Assembly: GCF_035594765.1 (NCBI RefSeq)
Contig: NC_085847.1
Span: 5,766,001-5,830,000, forward strand
Length of the DNA stretch: 64,000 nucleotides
From: Anolis carolinensis
Lineage: Eukaryota
Direction: 5' to 3'
Shown: positions 40,723 to 58,458 of the stretch, one piece after another
Layout: each line of letters opens with the position of its first letter
Numbering within the stretch: the first letter of the stretch is position 1
Program-made: the position numbers and the translations under genes
The notes under the pieces: generated by a model
Database searches by the model: none
What the model saw: only the letters and a program-made list of their open reading frames with translations
Told to the model about the DNA's origin: nothing

Positions 40723-41035
40723 AGGTAAAGGTAAAGGTCTTCCTCTGACATTAAGTCCAGTTGTGACCAACTCTGGGGGTTGGTGCTCATCTCCATTTCT
40801 AAGCCAAAGAGCCGGTGCTGCCCCTAGACACCTCCAAGGTCATGTGGCCATAGGCATGACTGCATGGAGTGCTGTTACCTTCCCACCGGAGCGGTACCTA
40901 TTGATCTACTCACATTGGCATGTTTTCGAACTGCTAGGTTGGCAGGAGCTGGGGCTAACAGCGGGTGCTCATTCCGCTCCCAGGCCTTTTGGTCCACAAG
41001 TTAAGCAGCTCAGCGCTTTAACACACTGTGCTGCC
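40723..41035 (-). mobile_element. Sauria SINE
   Basis: (AAAGGT)n tail at the left, body matching 421-755; nested in another interspersed repeat. Confidence 0.85.
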
Positions 41036-41562
41036 AGAGATTCCTAGAAAGGACATATTCTGGAGTAGGTCAGAACCGGTCTTCCTCAGTCCTCTTTCAA
41101 CTTCCTGTTTTCTTCTTCTTTATTCCGACTCTCTTGTAACTGCTGAGCAAGATGGCGGAAGGAAGGACGAAACCAGACTATGTATCCTTTTGTGCCAGAT
41201 TTGTTTTATTAGTACAGCTGGAGGCGGGGTTTGCGGCCCCTCTCTCCCTCTAATAATAATAATAGTAATAATAATAAATTAGTATAAATAAGCCACCGAA
41301 CCCACCCACAACTCCAAGATGCCCAAGCCATGGCAACGCAGGTCCTTTTCCCACCCTAGGGAGACATAGTCCAAGGGGGGGGGGGGGGTGACAGCACCAA
41401 GGGGTTTATCCAAGGCGGAGATATGAGCGAGCGAACCCAAGAAGAGACAAAACACATTGGAGACACATCCAGACATTGCCTGTCCCTCTGCGGCGAGGCA
41501 GCGGCTTCAACCATGTTGGCCAAAGCCTCATGGGAAGCCCTTCAGGACAGGCGGCCATCTTG

Positions 41563-45347
<3,785 letters not shown>

Positions 45348-45424
45348 CGCCGCCGAAGGAAGGCAAAGGCAGGCAGGAAAACAGGCAGGCAGGAAGGCCC
45401 GCCCCCGGAACTCAGGCCAAGCCC

Positions 45425-46040
45425 AGAGTGGGAACGGGAGCCCCAAGGCCGTCCCGCCAGGAAGGAAGGCACCAGCGAATCCCTCCCGACAGATGGCCAC
45501 CCAGTCCTTCCTTAAGGCCGCCCAGAGAAGGGAGGCGTCTCCCATCATCATCACAGATTATTATCATTCTTAGACTCTAGAGTTGGGACCCTCAAAGGCC
45601 ATCCAGCATGACCCCGTCCCGCCAGGAAGGAAGGCACCATCGAATCCCTCCCGACAGATGGCCACCCAGTCCTTCTTTAAAGACACCCAGAGAAGGAAGG
45701 AGCCTCCCATCATCACCATCAGATGATAATGATGATGATTATATTCTAGAGTTGGAACCCCCAAGGCCATCCAGCTTGACTCTGTTCCACCAGGAAGGAA
45801 GGCACCATTGAATCCCTCCTGACAGATGACCGTCCAGTCCTTCCTTAAAGGCTCACAGAGAGGGGAAGGGTCTCCCATCACCATCAATTATGATGATGAT
45901 TATATTCTAGAGTTGGGACCCTCAAAGGCCATCCAGCCTGACCCCGTTCCGCCTGGAAGGAAGGCACCATCGAATCCCTCCTGACAGATGGCCATCTAGT
46001 CCTTCCTTAAAGACATCCAGAGAAGGGAGGCAATTCCCCC
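45425..46040 (-). repeat. Four tandem units of about 165 bp derived from a CR1 LINE 3' end
   Basis: Repeated AAGGCCATCCAGC...GGAAGGAAGGCACCATCGAATCCCTCCCGACAGATGGCCA...CTAGAGTTGG. Related single fragments lie near 18845-19030, 29145-29200 and 47050-47290. Confidence 0.7.
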
Positions 46041-48899
46041 ACACTCTCCCTTTTCTATCCAAGCCAATGTATATTGTTTTATGGCCCTGCGTCAATATGC
46101 ACAGGATTGCAGGTCTTTGTGGGAGAGGAAGTCCCGTTGACAGGCATTAGGGTTGAGTAAACAACTGATAAGAAACACCTCATCTTCTCCAAGTCAGTCT
46201 CCAGGATCTTGGAAACCATTTGGCCCAAAAGGAGAATAAATGTACCTATCGCTAAAGAAAGGGGCCAAGGGTGAGTCCAAGGGCAAAGATTCCTTTCGCT
46301 CCAGATCCGAAGGCTCGGCAATCTCTAATCTTGCTTTCGAAAGGCCCAGATAATGATCTGACCCTTGTTAGGGAGAGAGGCCACGGAGAGACGAGCCCAA
46401 AGCTCAGCAAAGCCACGGTTGGTGATAATGCCATCGCTTGCCTAACCCTTCATTGTGGGTCAAACCCTAAGGCACCGCCCTTGTTTGCTGGCTCGGAGAT
46501 GGTCTGGGGAGATAATGGGATCCCACACCCCCGGGACTGGGAATCTGGACCTGGCGTCTCACAGTCAGGGAAATACAGTATGGGTAAATAATATAATATA
46601 ATATATATAGAACAAGGATCTAATAATATACGTCATATATTATAATATAGTCTATGACATATAATATACATCAAATAATATAATATATTATATGTATCAT
46701 AGACTATATTATAATATAGCTTTACTATAATATATTATACCTATACTATAATATATTGTAATATAGTATATGACATATATGTCAGATAATATATATGTCA
46801 TATACTTTATTATAATACAATATTATATATATGTGTGTGTGTGTATATAGATATATAATATATATTATTCACTTCGTTTCTAGCCCGCCTTTCTCACCCC
46901 GGAACTGAGAAATTAAATTATACAGTAATAATATATGTCATATAATATATGACGTATATTATTATAATATAATTTCTCAGCTCTGGGGTGAGAAAGGCAG
47001 GTTAGAAACAAAGTAAATAAATAAATAATGTATGTGCTGAGCTTCTTCCAATCTTACAGTTGAAATGGGCCGCTAAAGGTCATCCAGTCCATCAAGCCCT
47101 CTTGACAGATGGCCATCCAAGCCTGTTTACAATCCATCGCACAGAAACAGGGACATTGTTGGCAATCTGCCTTGGGATCAGTTGAGCTCAAGCCGCAATG
47201 GCAAGGCTGCTACGGGCTTTCACAATTTCTCAGGGAGGTGCCTTTCTTCCTTTCTTCCCCACGCAATCCACCCGCCCACTGCTCTGGCTCTGAAACTTGC
47301 AAAAGGAGGAGCCAGGTCCTTGTCAAATGTGCAAAGGTTTTTCTACTGATCCCGGTCTCAAGCTCCGGGAGCCTCAAGGCTGATGGCTTGGCCTCCACAT
47401 CTGGAGGCGGAGGATCACTCTGGGATGGAAACTAAAGGCTGGATCCACACCGCCCTCTCTCCCAGCATCTGCTCCCAGATGGTCTGCTTTGAACTGGATC
47501 ATATGGGTCTACATCATATGATGGGATCCTGGGATACAGAGCAGTGTAGAGGTAGACAGAGGTGGAAGGCCTCTTGCCCAGGAAGAGAGGTGTTGGGACT
47601 ACAACTCCCATCCTCCTCCAGGGAATAGAGGGGGGCGCATAGGGTCAAACAGGCTCCGCTCTCCCACTGCAAGAAGTGTTGGGATTGCCATTGACATAAT
47701 CCTCCATAGGACAGAGCGGAAAGGGCTCTTGCCCATGAGAAGAAGTGTTGGGACTACAGCTCCCACCATCCTCCACGGGGTCAACCAAAGGCTCCCCTTC
47801 ATGATCAGAGGCCTTGGGACTACAACTCTCATCACTCGCCATGAACAGAGCCAATGTCCAAAGCGAATGGAAGCCTGACACACTAGACGTGGCTCCGGGA
47901 GGGGCTTTGTGGCCGAGCCAGAAGGATGGCGCCTGCCCCGTGGCTCCCTTGGCTTGGGCTCCAGGGCCACCGCTCTCCCATGGGTTTCCTATTGCAAGCC
48001 AGGCATTCCACAGACCAGGCTGTCGCTCCGATCCTTGCTCCAAAGAACGGGGCAAAAACAGATCAATCCATGACTGTGTTTCCAGCCTGGTATTGACTTT
48101 CCTCCTTTTACAAAACAAACAAACCGCTTTCCACTGGGCCTGAAAGTCAAGAGTCCAAGGCCACCATGCGCAGGGAGGGAGACAGGGCCTGGCCAAAGGG
48201 CCACCCCACCCACCCCCCCACCCCGCCTCCTTTCACCAGGGTTAGGTTAGACCATTCGGACTTTTATTCACAACTAGTTGCCCGCGTTATTTGAAAAAGT
48301 CCATTTTGCGTTGTACGAAATGCATCAGGTTGTGGGTGAACTACAACTCCCATCATGCCAGGTTCACCCCCAGAAATCCCATCAGTCCTTAAAGTTTGTT
48401 GGGCAAGCTTGCTTTGGGTGCATCATGGGTGGGGTTGAGTGTCTTCTCTGACTGTAGGGTGAACTACAACTCCCACCCTGGTGAGTCCGCTCCCCCCAAA
48501 CCCCTCCAATAAAAAAACGTGGGCATATCAGGTACGGTATGTGTGCCAAGTTTGGTCCAGATCGATCAGTGTGAACCAGGTGAACTATACATCCCAGGGC
48601 CTACAACTCCCAAATGCCTAGGCCCATTCCCCTCCAGAATGTGGGCCTACCGGGTCTGCGTGCCAAGTTTGGTCCAGGTCCATCCTTGTTTGAATTCGTA
48701 TCTGTATGTGGGCGAACTATGTACCTCTGTGCCCGGCTCAGCCTTTGGTTTGCCACCTGTGGCCCTTCAGGCCTTTGGACTTCAGGTCCCAGAATCCCTG
48801 GCTATTGGACAAGCTGGCCGAGGCTTCTGGGAGTTGGAGTCCCGAAGGATCTCAATCGTCTCTTCAGAAAAATGCGCGCAAAGCCGGCTCTTCCCCTCT

Positions 48900-49152
48900 C
48901 GGTCGCTCCCCCCGCCGCACCTCCACCTCGCAGCCAATGAGCGCCGGGTATTTCTAGTTTCCTCCCTCCCCCCCAGAAAAGAGACTAAGGCCCCGCCTCC
49001 AGTTAGCCTCTCAGCCAATGGGCCTCGCGCTCGTCTCGTTTCCGCCCTCCCCTTTTTTGGCAGCGCAATAGGCGGGGCCTAGCTGCCAATGAAAGCTGGG
49101 CAGGCTGGTACCTGGCAGGTAGAAGCGGGTTGATCGCGGGAGAACAGCAGCG
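48900..49152 (+). promoter_or_regulatory. SEC14L2 proximal promoter
   Basis: Three GCCAAT boxes (near 48933, 49013, 49085), GC boxes (near 48990, 49070), CpG-rich, directly upstream of the ATG. Confidence 0.6.
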
Positions 49153-52100
49153 ATGAGCGGCCACGTCGGGGATCTGAGCCCCAAGCAGGAGGAGGCCCTG
49201 GCCAAGGTGAGTGGCATCCCTTCTCCGCTTGGGATTGGGAAGCTCAGCATCCCATCCACGGTGCCAAGATAAAGGCTTCTCTCGCCCCGCTTGAGCTGCC
49301 AGGACCCCATCCCATTGCATGCTGGGAACTGTAGTCCGCTTGGACCCCTGCGCTCCCCGAGACAGAGGGGAAAGACCTCGCACAAAAACTACAACTCCCA
49401 TCATTGCACAGCATGGGTTGTTTTTCAAGCTCTGTCCAATCCAGAATGTCTCTGCCTGATTGGGCTACATGGTGAATCTAGAAGCAACGTATTTACAACA
49501 AATAGATCCACATAAAGTATAAAGATAAAATATAAATATTAATCAAGAAGTAATCTATTGGTAAGAAATCGATCAGTGTCTTGGCAAAATAGAAATATAA
49601 TCCATATCAAATATAAGTATCAAATAAATACTCGATAAGTCATATATTTTTAATAAATATATAAAGTATAATATAATATAATATAACAAAATCAAAATAT
49701 AATATGGGACAGTAGCTGCAAATAAATGTGTAATAACTATATTTCTAATAAATAGATGCCTGTATTTATCAAATACAAATATAATAATCAATCTAAATAT
49801 ACTAATGGTAAGCATAAATATATAAGATAAAGATAAAGAAGATGAAATGCCTTTGCTTGGTGCATCGACCAATATATTGGTTATATTGATGGATTTCCAT
49901 TAATCTCAACAATATGGCGAGACTTGGCATCCCTTGACCGCCTTTGCTACATCCCTAGCCACTCTCAAAGCCTCCTATTTTCTTCTCCAAACTTCATTTC
50001 CAAACAATGGAGCCCCCGGTGGTGCAGTGGGTTAAACCCTTGTGCTGGCAGGACTGCTGACTTGAAGGTTGGGTTGCTGACCTGAAGGTTGCCGGTTCAA
50101 ACCCAACCTGGGGAGAGCATGGATGAGCTCCCTCTGTCAGCTCCAGCTCCATATGGGGCCACGAGAGAAGCCACCCACAAGGATGGTATCACATCCAGGT
50201 GTTCCCTGGGCAACGTCCTTGCAAACAGCCAACTCTCTCACACCAGAAGCGACTTGCAGTTTCTCAAGTCACTCCTGACATGAAAAAAAAACAACTTCCA
50301 AACAATAAACACTTATTATCTTCTACTGTGTATTTTGCAGCTTCAGGCTTTCTTTTTGTCTTTGAGCGGGTCAACAGCTGAACATTTATTATATTATTAT
50401 ATTTATTATTGTTATTAACATCCGTTTAAATTGAGTCTGTTTGCCTCACCAAAGGACAGTTCCCAGGAGTCAAAGTGGTGTCAAACTGCATTAAATCCAC
50501 AGTGTAGATCCTCCTAGCTGGCCTCTTACATAAGGACTCCCTTCTAGGGCCGGCTCAATGGGTTCTAATCCAGCTTTGTGTATTTAAGGCACCCAGGACG
50601 GTGCCGAAGTTTCATAAGGTGTCTTACACAAGGCACGGCTCTCTTTACTGTCATTCTAATACACTGTTTCGTGGTCTGAAATGATTCCGAGACAGGTGGT
50701 TTCAACATCGCCTTCTCTTTCCAAAGGATGATCTCACAGACTTTTTGGGAAGTGTGTACTTGGGACTGGAGCCGGAGAACATTTCCGCAGAGTTGAATAA
50801 GCTTCCCACTTGGACCTAACAAGCAATAATATGCATAAGATGCATTTTCTGTACCAGTCTTTCTCGAATTATCTTTCCTATCTGGGCCTCTCCGGGATGA
50901 AAAAAAAATCTTAAGTCAAACCAGTTGATGCAAAGTTTGCAACTGGGGCCCAGGGCAACAATGCCTCAATTAAGCACCAGATTAATTAGGATTTCTTTTT
51001 TTCCCTGGGATGGTTGGGAAAGAGGCTGAGAGGCCCAGCCTGTGCCTTTCCCTTAACCCTTTCCCTGCAGAATTGGGATGGCAGAGATGTTGTGAGATCG
51101 GTTTCTGTGTCCGCCACCCGGGAATGCGGCCGTTGCTTAGAGACCCACAAATGGGGCGGCATACAAAGCAGCGGGTGGCAGGCGGGGAAAGAAGCCCAGG
51201 GCACGCTGGCTGAGACAAGGCGCACCTGCAGTCCCTTTTCCTAGGTTCAACCAACCCCTTAGAAGAGATACGCCGCATGCAGGAATTATCAAGGGGACAC
51301 AACACATCTCATAAGAACCTTTTATTTACATATTTCTAAAAAGATATGATGTTGCTTACTAGCATGTATATGCAATAGCATTGCCTGGGTGGCCTTGGGG
51401 CCACTGCCAGCGTACTTTCTCATTTCTCCAGCTCTGAAAATATCTACTTTCTCCAGCTCTGAGAAAAAGGCCTGCTTTCTCCTTTCTCCAGCTCTGAGAA
51501 GGCCTACTTTCTCCATAGGGACCCTATGACAATGGTGGGGAGGTTCTCTGTCGCTCTTTCCTTCCTTTCCCCGTTCTCCTCATACACCCAGATTACCTTT
51601 TTGGTTTGGCAGGGACACAACAGAGGGCCACTTCACTCAGCAACAGCCTTTGTGGTACAAAGTGACAAACATACATACTTTGGTATATAGATGAATACAG
51701 ACCAATAAATACATTGCAATAAATGAAATGTATGGGGATGCCACATGCCTCATGAAAACCTTTCATACACACACACACACACACGATTTATTGCTGAAAT
51801 GGCATATGGGAAGGAAGGTCTCTCCTTCCTCGGTGGCACTTCCCGGCTTCTGGCGGGGATTAATGACACCTCCTTTCAGGCAATGTTAATCCCATCGGCT
51901 TCGTTAAGGAGGACAGGACCTTGAGAGAATGCCTTCTGAGCGCATCTGTCCATAAATTGGCTTTGATGTGTTTTTCCAGGAGCAAAAAGAGCATGCCAAT
52001 CCCGACCAAGGGAAGCTAACCCTCTTGATCTCGATTTCTCGCAGTTCCGGGAGAACATCCAAGACATCCTTCCTCTGCTCCCAGCCCAGGATGACTACTA

Positions 52101-55100
52101 TATCCTGAAGTGGCTCCGAGGTAAGGAGAGAGGGTCTCCCGATCCAAGCTTTAGATGTCAACGCAGCTCAGAGTGGGAAGGCCAGGCCAGGTTGCCATTG
52201 AAGGAGCTCTCCAAGGTGCCAAAACAGCTTTCTTTTCAGCACCTTGGAGAACTCCAAGACGTAACAAAGGCTGGATCTGAAGGGCTTCCTTTTTTGACAA
52301 CTTGGCCTCGCAACCTTTCAGTGACACCTCACATCTGTTTGAATGTTGCCCTCTGGCCAAAAGTCCAAAAGCCAAGCTGGGAGGCCTATCAGTGACCCTT
52401 GAGCCGGGCCTGATAAACACGCTGCCCTCCCTGGGTGAAATTCCAAGGCTGAGGAGGAAGCGGGTCGTCCCGGAGGTCACTTCCAAGGGTGGGAAGGGCC
52501 CAATCTTTCTCGGACCCCAATCTTGGACCCCATCCTATCTTTCTCGGACTCAGCCCTGCCTTGTTGGGAAGATAAGAGTCAGGCGAAAGGACTCTTTCCG
52601 CAATGGGAAGGTGACGGCAGCAGCGTGCAGCAGGGAGATAAGATAGGGACGCCAGCCCCAGATAAGCGCCAACCTTTCCTCCCCAAAGAGCCTCTAATCG
52701 GGCAACTCATCAAGATAGCTGAGAAAGGATCAGAAGGCGCTTTCTCCTCCAATAGAAATAGGTCACGGACCTTTGAAAGGAGGCACGTGCCATACTGCAA
52801 CATTGCGTCTTCAATACCTTCCCGAGAGAGCCAAAAACCCTTTGGAGTAGAATCTCCTCTTCCGGTAAACAACCAGGTATAGTTCTGCAAGGCAATGGTT
52901 TCAGTTGTTAGACTGAATAACCTGCTATCTCTGATCTGTTAGGAAAACAGCACCCAAAAAAACAGCAGTGCTTCAGAAGTGTTTTCCAGAGACCAAAAAC
53001 ATATATGCTCTCCTATAAAATAACTTGTTTTACGCCAAGAGACAAAAAATGAAGTAGACGCGGATAAAAATAAACAATTTAGTTGACTCACAGCCTTCAT
53101 GTGTTCAGCATACGCAGGGACAAAACTTATCCAAGTTGGATCAGAGCAAAGTATCCCCTTTTGGCCCCTTTCCTGACCCACTCCTTCTCTCTCCTGAAAC
53201 TGAGCTTTGCATCAGGCGGAGGCGTCCCTCCAACCCAGCCACCTCTCGCCCAGGTATCATTCCTGGCTGAGGTTCAGGGATCCGTGGAAGAGATAAGACT
53301 CCAAAATTAATTAATTTGGTTTTTTGTTCCCTTACAAAACCGTTGGGAAAGGCAACCTTGCAGGTGTTGGTCCAACTGGAACAAGGTATAGCCTTGCTCA
53401 ATGTAAACAGCCATTGTGTTTGGATCAGAAGAACCTGGTGGAACTTTAATCTCCCTTCTTTCATTGCAGCCAGGTGTTTCGACTTGCAGAAGTCGGAGGC
53501 AATGCTCCGAAAGGTAAGGAGATCGATCTAGATCTAGATCTAGATATGAAAGGGGTGGGTTTCCCAGTTGAAAACCTGCCAGGATGTTAAGTTGGATCAC
53601 AAAGGGTATACGTGTGCAACTTTGGTCCCGACCCACCAAGCTGTGTAGGATCCTTTGTAGAACAAACCTATCTACATACATGCCTTTGCAACAGGGCTAT
53701 AGGGGAACAAATGGCAAAGGCTTGCACCACTGAGCAGGACTTTTTTTGTTTGTCTCCCGGCAGCATGTGGAGTATCGCAAGCGCATGGACGCCGAGCACA
53801 TCTTGGAATGGCAGGCCCCTGAGGTCAGTCCCCTCCTCGCTTGGCCCTGCCCCTGGCCCGCTGTCTTCAAGGCCTAGATCTCTGTGTTTTCCTCCTCCTC
53901 AAAGGTGGTCCAGAAGTACATGACGGGGGGCCGGTGCGGCTACGACCGGGAGGGCTGCCCCATCTGGTACGAGATCATTGGGCCGCTGGACGCCAAGGGC
54001 ATCCTCTTCTCCGTCTCCAAGCAGGACTTGCTCAAGAAGAAGTTCCAGGACTGTGAGATCTTGCGCGGCCTCTGCGACGCCCAGACCGAGAAAGTAAGCG
54101 CTCTCCTCTTCCCCAGCCAGCCTCCAAAGGTGCCTGGCCTCAGCAAAGCTCCGAGTTTACACAGCAACCTCCGCAAAGGCCTTCGGGGCAAGTCAAGCAA
54201 TTGCCCTTCACTTCCTTCCTCCACTTGAACACTCATTCTACAATTAACACTCTTCTGGAAAAACAGGTTGCCCCAAGACTTCCTCCGCCGTGCCCAAAGG
54301 CATGGAAGCCATGCTTAACAAAGCAAGGCCTCATTTAACGTGCCTATTAAATGATAAGCTGCTCTGAGAATGCCTCCTTTCTCCCTTCTCCAGCTCTAAG
54401 AAGAGGGCTTACCTTCTCCAAGTCTTAGAAAACCTACTTTCTCCCTCCTCCAGCTTCAAGGCCTACTTTCTCCAAGTCTTAGAAAGGGTACTTTCTCCTT
54501 TCTCCAGCCCTGAGAAGGCCTGATTTCTTTTAGGTGGCCTGCTTTTTCCTTTCTACAGCTCTAAGAAGGCCTACTATCTCCTTTATCCAGCTCTGAGAGG
54601 AGGGCCTACCTTCCTGAAGTCTTAGAAAACCTACTTTCTTTCTCCCTTCTCCAGCTCTGATGCCTACTCTCTCCAAGTCTTACAAAGCCTACTTTCTCCC
54701 TTCTCCAGCCCCGATAAGGCCTAAGTTCTCCAACTTTTAGGTGGCCTACTTTCTCCCTTCTCCAACTTTTGGAAGGCATACATACATACATCCTTTGGTT
54801 TTTATCAATATCGAGTGTTGTGAGCTGTAGAGTCCAGATTAGACACCAGGCGGTCTGAGCTGGGTGCTGGAGGCCTGGCGTCTGCTTTTCTGCTGGGCTG
54901 GCATGTTTCCTCCATGGGAATGGCTCCCTTTGGCCTGACCTTCCCTTTGTTTGCTTCCTAAAGCTGGGCAAGAAGATCGAGAGCGTCATCATGGTTTATG
55001 ACTTTGAGGGGCTGAGCCTGAAGCATCTCTGGAAGCCGGCGGTGGAGGCCTATTCCGAGGTAAAGAGACCACAGCCGCCATGGCGGGGGAGCCCGGCCTG

Positions 55101-56498
55101 CCTCACGGGCTTCAGGCCTGCATTGGGTTCCTCTTCTTCTTCTTCTTCTTCTCCTCCCCTTCCAGCTGCTTTCCATGTTTGAGGAGAACTACCCCGAGTG
55201 CCTGAAACACGCCTTCATCATCAAAGGTAAAGCTTTTCCTGCAAAACCTGGGCCTGGAAGGTGTGTTTCCCTTTGCCTGGCTGTGAACTGGCTTTTGCTT
55301 TCCCGCAGCTCCAAAGCTCTTCCCTGTGGCCTACAACCTGGTCAAGCGCTTCCTCAGCGAAGACACACGCAAGAAGATTGTCATCTTGGGAGGTGAGTCC
55401 AAATGGAGCCGGAACGGGCTTAAGGGCAAGGCGGAGGCTTCCAGGTCCAGCTCAGGGGTGTTGGGGCTTGCTTACTTTCTCCCTTCCTTATCTCTAAGAA
55501 GATGTCATACTTTCTCCCGTCTCCAGCTCTGTGAAAGCTCACCTTCTTCCTTCTCCAGCTTCAAGGCCTACTTTCTCCCTTCTCCAGCTTTGAGAAGGCC
55601 TAGTTTCTCTCTTCTCCAGCTCCAAAGCCTGCTTTCTCCCTTCTCCAGCTTTGAGATGGCACACTTTCTCCAGATCCAAGAAGGCATCCTTTCTCCCTCC
55701 TCCAACTCTGAAAGTAGGCCTACTTTCTCCATTTTCCAGGTCTGGGAGGCCTACTTTCTCCCTTCTCCATCTCTGGGAAGAGGGGTCTTTAAGAGATGCT
55801 TCCAAAGAGCCATTTCTCTGGAATGGTTCCCTCCTCGGACCGGAGCCGCCCTCCTTCCGTGCCTTTGCCTGGCTCCATGAGAAGGCCGCTCTGTGTTCTG
55901 GGAGGCACATGAATGGCTCCATTCAGGAATGCGCGATGCAGAAAACTGCCCCACTTTTGTTAGGAAAGGACATTCCTGGCTCTATTATAGAAGCAGAAGG
56001 AGAAGCAAGCCAAGCCAAAGGATGGCTGCTTCCTTCTGCTGATGGGGAATGACTGGACCTGGGCTCTAATCCGCATTTGGCCCTGAAGTTCAGCGTTCCT
56101 TGGAAAAACATGTCAACCATGGGGAAAACAAACCTCTGGATGTGCCAGACTCTAGCCTCTGAAACCAGGCCAAGGTGTTGGCACCAGAGCCGATAATCCC
56201 CTGATCCCTTTCTTTGAATCCTGCCTCCAATTGCTCAAGGCTTCCTGTAAGCTGCTTTTTAAAAAAGCAAAGAAACAGTAAAACACGTTTTTTTGTCTTT
56301 TCACTGGACCATTCTGGGTGGGACTATCCCAACTATAGGCATGGCACATTTTCTTGGATATCTTGTATGTATCAGTGGGCACGTTGCTTTGGATGGAGAA
56401 GGGGGAAAGCAGACTGCCTTCTCAGAGCTGGAGAAGGGAAAAGTATGCCATCTCGGCCCCTTCAAATGGACCATTTCCAGAGAAGGGATGCTCAAACA

Positions 56499-56548
<50 letters not shown>

Positions 56549-58458
56549 TGTATTCCGCTCTATCTCCCTGAGGGGTCTCACAGTTTAATGGGATTATTAT
56601 TATTATTATTATTATTATTTTGAGAAGGTTTTGGAGGACCACTAGTTGGGTAGGTTGACGCAAGTGCTCAGAAGACGAGTAACCCTCTGGCTTCCCTCTA
56701 GCGAACTGGAAGGAGGCCTTGCTCAACCACATTGATGCCAAAGAGCTGCCGGTGGAATACGGGGGCACCCTCACCGACCCCGACGGAGACCCCAAATGCA
56801 AGAGCAAGGTAGGAGGAGTGTAGTAGGGGGGAACCAGGGCCAGGAGAGAGGAAATACGGCCCCCTCCGCCTCTCCCGTTTGCCGATGCAATCGTTTGTTC
56901 TTTGGCGCAGTTGAACTACGGCGGGGAGGTGCCCAAGAAGTACTACATGCGGGACCAGCTCAAGACCCAGTATGAGCACAGCGTGGTGGTGAGCCGGGGC
57001 TCCTCGCACCAAGTGGAGTACGAGATCCTCTTCCCCGGCTGCGTCCTCAGGTGAGCCCAGGGCGGGAAAGCCAAGGGCGGCCCAATGGTCCGGGCATTGC
57101 AGAGGAAGGAGGCTCTCACGGGTGTCTCCTCTCGCCAGGTGGCAGTTCATGTCCGACAGCGCCGACATCGGCTTCGGCGTCTTCCTGAAGACCAAGGTGG
57201 GCGCCCGCCAGCACGCTGGCGATATGAGCGAGATCTTTGCCAACCAGCGCTACAACGCCCACATGGTGCCCGAGGATGGCTCCCTCACCTGCGCTGACGC
57301 CGGAATCTGTGAGTCGCCTCCCGCTTTAGTGTATCTGTGTATATTTCAAGTTGTCATGTTTTTGATTGTGAGCCGCTTTGAGTCTCCGTAGGGAGAGATA
57401 CAGCGGGATATGATATCAAGAAATAAACAAACAAGATAATACAATAGTGCCCCTGGGGATTGGTAGCTGCCAGATCAATGTCGTTTTGCTATATACCATA
57501 TGTGTGTATATGTATGTATGCAGATATATATATATATATGTGGTGTGTCTATCTACATCTATATGGTTTGTGTGTGTGTGTATGCTATGAACCTTGTGTA
57601 CAGCTAAACCTATCCTACACACACAGCATAAACTCTGTATATATCATATACTTACACACACGACATATATTTATCCATACACATACACATGCACACATAT
57701 ATGGTATGTGTGTATATCTATAGGGTGTGTGTGTGTGTGTATGCTATGAACTCTGTGTATAGCTAAATCTATCCTATACATGTTTGTGTGTACACACACA
57801 GCATACATTCTGTATATATACACATACACACACACTCACACACACACACATATATATGGTGCTTGTGTTGGTTGGGGTGTATGTATGTTATAAGCTCTGT
57901 ATGTATCATATATATATATATACACACACACACATATATATATTGCTGTTTTTAAATTGTTTAGATTTTAGCTGCTTTTGTAAGCCACTCCGAGCCCTGG
58001 GGGAGTGTTTTTAAGATTTTTTTAAAAGATATTTTTTAAAAAGCCCTAGGGGAGTGGCGGCATATAAGTTTAAATAATAAATAAATAAATAAAATATATG
58101 TGTGTGTATGTGTGTGTGTGTGTGTGTGTGGGTCTATATCTATCCCATATTTGTGTATGTATATATATACAGCATAAACTTCGTATATACCCTATATATG
58201 GTGTGTGTGTGTGACACCCTTTTTCACCTTGTATAAACATCCCTACAACCGGAGTGTGCCTTAGACTTACTGGGCTGTTTTTGTGACTGTTTTTGCTCTC
58301 TTGTCCTAGACGTTCTGCGCTTCGACAACACCTACAGCTACCTGCACGCCAAGAAGATCAGCTACACGGTGGAGGTGCTGCTGCCGGACAAGAAGGCCGA
58401 GGCGGGCTTCAAGCAGCTGGACAACCAGCTGGAAGTGCTGACCCTCAATGACGCCTGA
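49153..58458 (+). CDS. SEC14L2: SEC14-like protein 2 family (CRAL-TRIO plus GOLD lipid carrier), about 409 aa
   Basis: Exons 49153-49206, 52045-52120, 53470-53513, 53764-53823, 53905-54093, 54964-55059, 55166-55226, 55309-55392, 56702-56808, 56911-57050, 57139-57308, 58310-58458 (1230 nt). [25 protein letters not shown] start, [19 protein letters not shown]. Lies between RNF215 and MTFP1. Poly(A) signal at 59633-59638. Confidence 0.92.
50009..50291 (+). mobile_element. tRNA-derived SINE (Anolis SINE2-type)
   Basis: A-box GGTGCAGTGG, B-box GGTTCAAACC, poly(A) tail, 11-bp target-site duplication TTCCAAACAAT (49998-50008 and 50296-50306). Confidence 0.8.
54375..55780. repeat. Degenerate tandem repeat in SEC14L2 introns (blocks at 54375-54780 and 55480-55780)
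   Basis: CCTACTTTCTCCCTTCTCCAGCTCTGAGAAGG units; also near 51410-51520 and reversed near 39860-40000. Confidence 0.7.

Noticed and set aside
46080-46600. Unannotated exon or lncRNA between RNF215 and SEC14L2
   Set aside because: Only isolated donor-like motifs and short ORFs; no coherent exon chain.
50009-50110. tRNA gene
   Set aside because: The A and B boxes belong to a SINE head followed by a body, a poly(A) tail and a target-site duplication.
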